Shown piece after piece: positions 18,440 to 26,300 of a stretch of DNA of 64,000 bases. This DNA comes from an uncultured Actinomycetes bacterium. Its GTDB lineage: Bacteria > Actinomycetota > JAICYB01. Where the stretch lies: positions 51,050 through 115,049 of the forward strand of contig CAZLKN010000003.1 in NCBI GenBank assembly GCA_964560135.1. The letters are read 5' to 3'. Numbering within the stretch: the stretch's first letter is position 1; each line of letters opens with the position of its first letter. A program made the position numbers and the translations under genes. The notes beneath the pieces were generated by a model. That model was not told the DNA's origin. It ran no database searches and saw only the letters and a program-made list of their open reading frames with translations.

Positions 18440-19080
18440 TGGCGACAGCTTTTCGTGATCGCTAACAACGAGTGTGGAGTGGGCCGGAAACGGGTACTGC
18501 GGCTCATGCGCCAGGCGGGGCTGTTGGCGCCCCAACGTGGGAAGCGGCGCCGTAAGCCCCGACCCCACGACGGCACCATCATCCCCCAGCCCCGGATGTG
18601 CTGTGGGGCACCGACGCCACCATGGCCTACACCCAAAACGACGGCTGGGTATGGGTCTTCGCCTGTGTCGAGCACTTCACGGCCGAAGGATGGGTGTCGG
18701 TCGAGGTAGGCGAACCGGTCCCCGCGTTTGGTCAAGCCCATCTACGACGGGGAGTGGCTCTTCGTCACGACTGGGGCCCCCAGTACACCTCGGGCCACTT
18801 CCAAGGCGCCCTGGCGAAGGCTGGGCATCGAAGATTCCCAGCCTTCGCCGGCGAGCCGCCGTGCAACGGTTGCGCCGAACGGTTCATCCGCACCCTCAAG
18901 GAGCAGGTGATCTGGGGGCGTATCTACACCACGATCGACGAGCTGCGCGAGGCGATCGCTGCGTTCATCGACCTCTACAACGACCAGTGCCTCATCGAAC
19001 GTCACGGCCACCGGACCCCTCGCGAGGTCTACAACCCAGACCCAGACGGAGGCAGCGGCATGAAACCAGCCGCTGTATAG
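18440..19080 (+). pseudogene. IS3-family transposase OrfB (integrase core, rve) fragment, N-terminally truncated and frameshifted
   Basis: Two overlapping frames (18455..18709 and 18598..19080) encode RVLRLMRQAGL... and ...DWGPQYTSGHFQ...CNGCAERFIRTLKEQV...YNDQCLIERHGHRTPREVY, i.e. the DDE/rve domain. There is no intact start. Confidence 0.7.
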
Positions 19081-19313
19081 CCGCCTGAAGACCGTCAGGC
19101 CGATACTCGACGGCCGGTAGCCAGCAGGGCGTTTGCAGGTCGGCAAGGAATATCAGGAAGTGTCCAAGAACCGGGACCGGTTCACCGGAACGATCTCGGC
19201 GAGCTTGTTCAGGTCGGTGGGCTTGCGGCGTTTCTTCGCCATGCATCGAGCATGCAAGAGTGCTCAAGCAGGGCAGGAGTCGCTCCCGTTGAGCTGGGTG
19301 TCTGTACCAGCGC

Positions 19314-20810
19314 CTAACCGGCTTGAGAATCGCTCCGGATCAGTTCCTCTGCGGTTGGCATGTCCTCGCGCTTGCGCGGAGAAGGCAGCGGCAGGTCCTC
19401 GACGGTCGCGGGCTGCGGTCCGAACTTTCCGTGCCGGCGCTTGAGCATCATGAGAACCTCGGCAACACGGATCAGCTGAATATCGAGCCCCTCGTCCCGC
19501 TTCGCGCGTGCTACTTCCTCAACAGCACCGCGACCGAAGCTGAACGAGATGATGTACCCCTTCGAGTGACCAGCCCGTCTGATCGCGGTCTCGAAGTTGT
19601 CCACGACGTTGCGGCCCACGCGCTCCGTTTGCTTGACCTGGATCGGGTCTCGCGTGAAGAACCAGTAACCGTCGATCCCCATGTCCCCGACCTGGCGCGG
19701 GGATTGCATACCGTAAACGGCGTTGATGATCCAGTTCTGGAACTCGAAAGGCTTAAGTTCTTTCAGATCCTTAACGGTCTGAACAGCATTGACAATATTG
19801 GGACTACAACCGAGCTTCAGCAGCCTTCGCCGCATGATTTCGATGGCCGTCGCGGAGATGTCGATACCGATCCACTTCCTCTCCAGCCGCTCAGCGACGG
19901 CGACCGTGGTCCCGCATCCGCAGAACGGGTCGAGCACCAAGTCGCCTTCGTTGCTGCTCAGCCGGATAATCCGCTCCAACAGAGCCTCGGGCTTCTGTGT
20001 GGGGTATCCGAGTCGTTCTGCGGCCCTGGCGTTGATAGGAGCGATATCCGTCCATACGTCCCCGAGCGGCATGCCGCGTTGTTCGTCCAAGTACCGCTTG
20101 AGCCTGGGAACGCGCCCAGGAGCCGTCTGCACGACGAGGCCTTCCTCGTACGCCTTCTGCATGCGCTCTCGCGTCCAGCGCCACACCTTCGTAACGCCGA
20201 GGAACTCGTATGTGAGGTTGGGCCGATCCTGGTTGGGATTGATCAGGCTGGTGAGTTGGTAACGACGCCCATCGGGGTCGCGCTGGCTGTATTTGGCGGC
20301 GGTCTTGGGATCAAGATCCGTTTCGTCGTACGACTGGAACACCGCATCAGCGTTCCAGGTGGCTCCGTCGCTCTTCTGGTACGACAGCAGAACGTCGTGG
20401 TTGGTGGGGAGTCGCTTTGTCATCAACCCCTTCGCTAGGGAACGCTGCCAGATGATCTCGTTGCGGAAGTTGGGCATGCCGAACACCCTGTCCAGCATCT
20501 GCTTCAGGTAGTGACTCGCGTGGGGGTCGCAGTGTAGGTACAGCGAACCGGTTGGTTTGAGAACCCGGTACAGCAGCTCAGCACGGAGCCGCATCCAGGC
20601 GACGTAGTGCCCGATCCCTCCGGCCCATCGGTCCTCGAACGACCGCACTTCGGCTTCCTCGCCCCAGATGACCTCGTAGATGCGGTTGGAGAAGAACGGC
20701 GGGTCCAGATACACGAGATCAATCGATGCCTCCGGCAGCTCCATCAGGACGGCCACGTTATCGTCCCGGTAGAGGATGCCGGTATCGACAGGATCGTCAA
20801 AGAGCGTCAT
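19314..20810 (-). CDS. Beta-class N6-adenine/N4-cytosine DNA methyltransferase fused to a C-terminal Mrr-type PD-(D/E)xK nuclease-like domain
   Basis: Motif IV (DPPF, in LVYLDPPFFSN) precedes motif I (LVLDPFCGCGTTVAVA), which is the beta-class order. The C-terminal roughly 130 aa contain GDMGIDGY...IQVKQ, matching the Mrr_cat GDGGIDG...Q.K catalytic pattern. Located inside the lower-GC insertion. Confidence 0.75.
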   Translation of the reverse strand: MTLFDDPVDTGILYRDDNVAVLMELPEASIDLVYLDPPFFSNRIYEVIWGEEAEVRSFEDRWAGGIGHYVAWMRLRAELLYRVLKPTGSLYLHCDPHASHYLKQMLDRVFGMPNFRNEIIWQRSLAKGLMTKRLPTNHDVLLSYQKSDGATWNADAVFQSYDETDLDPKTAAKYSQRDPDGRRYQLTSLINPNQDRPNLTYEFLGVTKVWRWTRERMQKAYEEGLVVQTAPGRVPRLKRYLDEQRGMPLGDVWTDIAPINARAAERLGYPTQKPEALLERIIRLSSNEGDLVLDPFCGCGTTVAVAERLERKWIGIDISATAIEIMRRRLLKLGCSPNIVNAVQTVKDLKELKPFEFQNWIINAVYGMQSPRQVGDMGIDGYWFFTRDPIQVKQTERVGRNVVDNFETAIRRAGHSKGYIISFSFGRGAVEEVARAKRDEGLDIQLIRVAEVLMMLKRRHGKFGPQPATVEDLPLPSPRKREDMPTAEELIRSDSQAG

Positions 20811-21022
20811 GTGCTGCCCACCGTTAACACAGGGCGCTTATTGTCGCTTAGAGGTGGCAGTGTTACAAGCTTCTCTAACTCAGGCCTCTGTCCACGCCGC
20901 CAGTCAGAAAACTGACCCCGTTCCCAACGTCTTACCCTGCAGATCTGCTACATAAGCAACCTATCAGCGCGTCCGGGAGGGTCATTTTCGAACCGATCAC
21001 CCCTGTGACCTGCATGAAAGAA

Positions 21023-21058
21023 GAAGAGGAGGCGAGGCCTCCTCTTCGTGTTTTCTCC
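21023..21058. terminator. Intrinsic-terminator-like perfect hairpin at the right edge of the lower-GC insertion
   Basis: GAAGAGGAGGC-GAG-GCCTCCTCTTC (11-bp perfect stem, 3-nt loop) followed by GTGTTTTCTCC. The sequence is palindromic, so it can act on either strand. Confidence 0.6.
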
Positions 21059-21196
21059 CGGAAAAGCGAACTCCCGAGGGGCTGGGCCCATCGGGAGTAC
21101 CCCACCAACATACCGCAGCTTCCCCTCCACGTCAAATCGGATGGCTCCAGGCGTGAAGGTGCTTGCCGGAGGCGCTTCGGGGCCCTAGATTGTGGC

Positions 21197-21421
21197 ATGC
21201 GTCGTTGCACGAAGACCGCGTGCGGCCGGGAAGCGGCCGCGACATGTGAGTTCAACTACGCGGAGCGCCGGGTCTGGATCGGGCCGCTCTCGAACGAGGC
21301 CTACCCCTCCGCGTACGATCTCTGCGGGGATCATGCCGCCACGCTGCGCGTGCCGGTGGGGTGGGAGTTGCAGGATCTCCGCCCCCGGCCGGAGGCGCAG
21401 GCGAGCCTCCTCCCCAACTAG
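21197..21421 (+). CDS. DUF3499-family conserved actinobacterial protein
   Basis: MRRCTKTACGREAAATCEFNYAERRVWIGPLS...YDLCGDHAATLRVPVGWELQD matches the DUF3499 pattern. That family is adjacent to pmmA/manA in mycobacteria (Rv3258c). Confidence 0.75.
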   Translation: MRRCTKTACGREAAATCEFNYAERRVWIGPLSNEAYPSAYDLCGDHAATLRVPVGWELQDLRPRPEAQASLLPN

Positions 21422-21532
21422 GGACTCCGGCGGTCGCGGCCGGCTCCCGCGGTTCATCCGTCCCCCGAAAAGGGCCCGGGTCCGGCTATGCTTATGTAGC
21501 ACCGTAACCCAAGAAGGAGCTTACTGGCCGTA

Positions 21533-21820
21533 ATGCCCATCTCGAGAGATCTGATCCGGGAGATCCGGCGCCTGGACGCCTACGACCTCCGGCGCCTCCA
21601 GATGCTGATCCGGGGGCTGCTGATGGAGGAAGACCCGCCCGGCCCCGGGACGACCGGAAAGATCACCTTCCGCCAGGAGATGGTGAAGTGCGGCAAGCAG
21701 GGCTGTTCGCGCTGCCCCCACGGGCCGTACTGGTACGCCTACTGGCGGGAGGGGGGCCGGATGCGGTCACGGTACGTGGGCAAACACCTGCCGGGCGAGA
21801 CCACCCCGGCCCCGGACTAG
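21533..21820 (+). CDS. Hypothetical small protein with N-terminal helix and C-terminal zinc-knuckle (CGKQGCSRCPHG)
   Basis: 95-aa ORF. Cys/His cluster C-x4-C-x2-C-x-H is followed by an aromatic patch (PYWYAYWREGGRMRSRYVGK). No family could be assigned. Confidence 0.4.
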   Translation: MPISRDLIREIRRLDAYDLRRLQMLIRGLLMEEDPPGPGTTGKITFRQEMVKCGKQGCSRCPHGPYWYAYWREGGRMRSRYVGKHLPGETTPAPD

Positions 21821-21917
21821 TACCGGGTGACCATGCAAGATGCCGCGGCGTACCTATGGTCCACCTTTGTTCCTTTGACGACCATATGGATGTAGGGAGA
21901 ACCCGAAGGAGGCCACC

Positions 21918-22094
21918 ATGACGTGCAGCGAGTGCGGAGCGGGAAACGTCGGAGAGATCCAGTTCTCCACCGTCGCCAGTGGGGCGCGCTTCAACTACTG
22001 CCGGCACTGCGAGACCACGTGGTGGCTCGCAGACGAGCGGCAGATCGAACTGGACGCCGTCCTGCAGGCCGCCCGGGTGCTGTCCCGCTCCTGA
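21918..22094 (+). CDS. Small (58 aa) CxxC...CxxC zinc-ribbon protein, absent from the six-frame ORF track
   Basis: AGGAGG lies 7 nt upstream of ATG 21918. MTCSECGAG...NYCRHCETTWW contains two CxxC pairs. The ORF ends 30 nt before gtrA and has coding-like GC3. Confidence 0.5.
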   Translation: MTCSECGAGNVGEIQFSTVASGARFNYCRHCETTWWLADERQIELDAVLQAARVLSRS

Positions 22095-22123
22095 ACGTCC
22101 GGGGTACCCGGTATCCTTGTGCC

Positions 22124-22615
22124 GTGCTGCTCTGGTTCAGGTCCACCGCGCTGTACGCCCGGCTGTCGCGGTACCCGACACTTCACCAGTTCGTCCGGTA
22201 CGCGCTCGTCGGGGTGCTGAACGTCGTCACCTACTTCGCGCTGTTCAACCTGCTGCTCTGGGCCGGTCTGCACATTTACCTCGCGAACGCCATCGCCTTC
22301 CTGATCACGAGCATCAACTCCTTCGTCCTGAACAAGCTCTGGGCCTTCAAGGACCACCGTCGCGAGGGTGTCGTCCGCCAGTACACGATCTTCGTGTCGT
22401 TCACGCTCATCGGACTCGCCATCAACACCGCGGCGCTCACCGTGTTCCTGATCCCGCTGGGCCGGTACGGCATCATCGGCAAGAACCTGGCGGCGCTGCT
22501 CGCCCTGCCGTTCTCGGTGGCCTGGAACTTCCTCAGCTACCGGAAGTGGACCTTCAAGCCCGCCGTCCGAGCCGGCGCCGCATCGACCAGATCTCCCGGA
22601 TCGTCCGTGCGATGA
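22124..22615 (+). CDS. GtrA-family polysaccharide-synthesis membrane protein
   Basis: QFVRYALVGVLNVVTYFALFNLLL...NAIAFLITSINSFVLNKLWAFKD is the GtrA signature, with four TM helices. GTG 22124 is the chosen start; alternatives cannot be excluded. Confidence 0.7.
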   Translation: MLLWFRSTALYARLSRYPTLHQFVRYALVGVLNVVTYFALFNLLLWAGLHIYLANAIAFLITSINSFVLNKLWAFKDHRREGVVRQYTIFVSFTLIGLAINTAALTVFLIPLGRYGIIGKNLAALLALPFSVAWNFLSYRKWTFKPAVRAGAASTRSPGSSVR

Positions 22616-23267
22616 CTTTCGGCGTGGCCCCCTTGGGCCGGCCGGCGGTGCGGGGGTGGTGCGGGATCCCCACCTCGACGATCCGGTAGCCGGCCTTCCG
22701 GCTGCGGATCAGCAGTTCGGGTGAGATGAACGCCGACCGGGACTCCAGGACGCCGAGCACGTCGTCCAGGACCTTGCGCCGGAACAGCTTGAAGGCGCAG
22801 TCCACGTCCCGGAGGTGCAGGCCGAAGGTCAGCTCGAGCACGAGGTGGTACACGCGCGCCACCACCAGACGGTGCCAGGGATCGTTGCGCTTGATCCGGT
22901 AGCCGGCGACGACGTCGGCCTCGCCGAGACGCTCCACGAGGCGCCCGAGGTCGGTGAGGCGGAACTGGCGGTCGGCGTCCGTGAAGAACACCGCCTCCCC
23001 GCGGGCCTCCCGCAGGCCCGTGCGCAGCGCGTGCCCGTACCCGAGGTTGCGTTCGTGTTCGACCAGGCGGACCACGTCCGGATGCGCCTCGGCGTACCGC
23101 CGGACGACGGCCGCCGTCGCGTCCGAGGAGCCGTCGTCCACGACGATCAGCTCGAAGCGGTCGGCGAACGCGCCCAGCGTGGCCAGGCCCTCCTCGAGCA
23201 GGGGGCCGACGTTCTCCTCCTCGTCGAACGCGGGAAAGAAGCAGGAGAGGAAGCCGATCCGGTCCAG
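22554..23267 (-). CDS. GT2-family polyprenyl-phosphate glycosyltransferase (Ppm1/GtrB-like dolichol-phosphate mannosyltransferase type)
   Basis: FLSCFFPAFDEEENV (the PAYNEE-type motif), VVDDGSSD, FFTDADRQF and VDCAFKLFRR motifs. The only in-frame start upstream of the first motif is CTG 23265-23267, preceded by AAGGAG at 6-nt spacing; the track start GTG 23141 would delete the first motif. The 3' end overlaps gtrA convergently by about 60 nt. Confidence 0.65.
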   Translation of the reverse strand: MDRIGFLSCFFPAFDEEENVGPLLEEGLATLGAFADRFELIVVDDGSSDATAAVVRRYAEAHPDVVRLVEHERNLGYGHALRTGLREARGEAVFFTDADRQFRLTDLGRLVERLGEADVVAGYRIKRNDPWHRLVVARVYHLVLELTFGLHLRDVDCAFKLFRRKVLDDVLGVLESRSAFISPELLIRSRKAGYRIVEVGIPHHPRTAGRPKGATPKVIARTIREIWSMRRRLGRRA

Positions 23268-23374
23268 TCGCCGCTCCTTTCGATCCGCGCCCCGCGCCGG
23301 TCCGGCGCGGGGCGGCCCCTACGGTACCGGTCCGAAGCCGGGCCGCGGGGCGATCCCCCCTCTATGCTTTCGAG

Positions 23375-26300
23375 GTGCTCGACTTCGAATCGCTCAAGGA
23401 CGCCTCCCGCCGGGCCGCCTGGTGGGCCTCGACCCGCAGGGGGCTCGTCTGGATGACCCTGGCGGGCCTGGCGCTGCGCCTGGTCCTCGCCGTCGTGTCG
23501 ACCGGGTTCCCCTTCGACATGGCCTCCTTCGCCGGGTGGGCCGGCCGGCTCGCCGAGGAGGGGCCGCTGGGCTTCTATCCCACCGAGGGGGAGGAGTTCT
23601 TCGTCGACTACCCGCCCGGGTATCTGTGGGTCCTGTGGGTCCTGGGCGTGGTATCGCGGGGGCTGACCGGGGGGGCGCCGTCGGAGTTCCTGCTGAAGCT
23701 GCCCGCGATCGGTGCGGACCTCGGGATCGCCTGGGTTGCCGCCGCGCTGGCCGCGCGACTCACCCCGGTGACGATCCGCCGCCGGTTCCCGGTGCGGGGC
23801 GTTGTCGCCGCGGCGGTCCTGTTCAACCCGGCCCTGATCTTCGTGTCCGCGGTGTGGGGGCAGGTCGACGCCCTCCTCGCCCTCCTCGTCCTGGCCTCTT
23901 TCTGGTTCCTCGCAACCGGGACCCCCAGCTTCCGCCGCGAGGCGGCCGGGATGGCGCTGCTGGCGCTGGCGGTCGGGACGAAGCCGCAGGGGATCTTCGT
24001 CCTCCCCTTCGTGGTGCTGCTCCTGCTGTGGCGGCACGTGCGGGGTGCCGTGGCTGGCCGGGAGGAGCGCGGCGCGGGCGCCGCGGCCCTGGCCGGGATC
24101 GGACGCGTCGCCGCCCTTGGCGCGGTGTCGCTCGGAACCGGGATCGCGCTGATGGCGAGCTTCGGCGTGGGACCGGTGCAGGCGGTGCGGTTCTTCGCGG
24201 AGGCCGGCAGCACGTACACCGTGACGAGCGTGTTCGCCTTCAATTTCTGGGGGGCGGTCGGGTTCTGGCGTTCCGACCTCCATGACACGGCCGCCGGGGA
24301 GGCCGTCAGACTCGCCGGCGTCCCCGCCTTCTATCTCGCGCTCGCCGCCTTCGGGGCCGGCACCGCGGCGCTCCTGGGCCGGGCGTGGCTCGCGCTTCGC
24401 CGCGGCGAGATGGAGGCCCGCGTGCTCGTCTTCGGTGGCGTGGCGATGATCTGCCTCGCCTTCGCCGTGCTCACCCGGATCCACGAGCGCTACCTGTTCC
24501 TGGGACTCGCCTGCCTCGCACCGCTGGTGGCCTGGCCCTGGATGCGCCGCGCCTATGTGGGTCTCTCGCTGGCCTACCTGGTGAACGTGTGGTTCCCGTA
24601 CGTGTACTACCTGGAGTTCGACGGTCAGTCCGCGCCCCGGCTCGGCCCGGTGTTCGACATCCTCTACGGCCGGGGGCTCGACAGCCCGCAGCTGCGCACG
24701 ATCAGCGTGCTCACCGCCGTGGCCTGTCTGGCGGTGGCCTGGCTCGGCTGGCGGTGGTTCCGCGTGCCGCCGGAGCCGCCCCCGGCCCCCGGCCCGACGT
24801 CCGGACGGACGCCGGAGGCCGATGCTCCTCTCGTCGCCTCTGCGCCCGTGGAGGCCGCCCCCCGGCCCCCGTGGCGTCTGACGCTCCATCCGGTGGGGCG
24901 GCGCGGTGCGGCCCTGGCGCTCGTCGCGTTCCTCGTGGTGCTGGCCACCCGCCTGGCCTGGGTCGGGGAGCCGCCGGGGATGTATTTCGACGAGGTCTAC
25001 CATGCCCGGACCGCCGGCGAATACCTCCAGGGCAAGGACGTGTACGAATGGACGCACCCGCCGCTGGCCAAGGAGCTGATGGCCGCCTCGGTGCGCGGTG
25101 TGGGCGGGATCGGGGCGCGTGGACGGGGGGAGCTGGCCGACGGCATGGACTCCGGGATGGTCGACGCACACGGGTCGACGGTGGTGTGGGCGGCTCCGGG
25201 GGCCGTGCAGTGGGGCCGGCTCGACGGGTGCGAGGTCCGGCCCCGGGGCGGCGCCGTCCGGACGACCGTCACGCCCACCGCCGTCGCCGTGTGGGATGAG
25301 GGGGCCCTGCTCGGCGGGACCGGCCGCGAGGGCCCGGTGCTCGCGTTGCTCGACGCCGGCGGCGAGCAGTGGCGGGTCCCGGTTCCGGCCGTCCCGGAAC
25401 GCATCGCCACGATCGACGGTGCCGGATTCGTCGTGGGCGTCGACGGATCCCTGGGCATGGTCGACCGCGCGGGGGAGTTCGTGCCGCTCGCCCCCGGTGC
25501 CCTCGGGCTCGACGCCGACCGGCAGGAGCGGGTGGTGTGGGTCTCCTTCCCCGCCGAGGGCAGGGTGGCCGCCTACGGGACCGGGGGCCAGGTGCGGGAG
25601 GCGACCGTCCAGGGGCAGCCGGCGGCGCTCGCCGTGGCTCCCGAGACCTCCCGGCTGCTCGTCGCCGGCGACCAGGGCCTGGAGAGCGTGGACGCCGATG
25701 ACGCCCGCCACGAGGCCGTGCTCGGCGAGGTGTCGGCGGACCGGCTCGCGGCCGTTCCCGGATCGGGTCTCGTGTGGGCCTTCGACGGCGACGAGGCCCG
25801 GCTGATCGAGCCCCTCGGGATGTCCACGATCGGACGCGCCGAGCTGCCTGAACCGCCGCTGGCGGTCTCCGGAGCCACCGAGGGGACGGTCCTCGCCGTT
25901 TCGTCGTCCGGGATCACCTGTCTCGGAGGCCGTCCGGCCTTCGGGTGGCGGTTCGGAAGCGCGATCTTCGGCGCGGCCATGGCCGCGCTGGCGGCGCTGA
26001 TCGCGCTACGGATGTTCGGCAGCACGCTGGCGGCGGGCCTGGCGGCGCTGTTCGTCGCCGTGGACGGCCTCGCCTTCACGCTGGCCCGGATCGCCATGAA
26101 CGACAGCTACGTCACCGCGGGGATCCTCGCCGCCTGGTTCTGCGCGCTGTCATGCCTGTACCGGACGGGGGCGGCGGTGGTGCCCGAAGGCGACGCGGAG
26201 GAGGAAGCGGCGGCGGATGTCAGGTCGCGGTGGCCTGCCGTGGGGTGGATGGCCCTCACCGGGCTGTCCCTGGGGTTCGCGGTGGCGTCCAAATGGGTCG

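Noticed and set aside
19177-19269. 30-aa minus-strand ORF MAKKRRKPTDLNKLAEIVPVNRSRFLDTS in the IS3-MTase spacer
   Set aside because: Too short and with no recognisable family. Probably a remnant N-terminus of a decayed IS or phage gene.
20940-21000. Possible tRNA or att-site fragment (GGTTCGAA-like T-loop motif on the minus strand near the islet edge)
   Set aside because: The flanking sequence does not form an acceptor or T-stem, so no cloverleaf could be built by eye. This would need tRNAscan-SE or Aragorn.
23147-25711. 854-aa minus-strand ORF
   Set aside because: Antisense to the PMT fusion gene. R/G/P-rich artefact.
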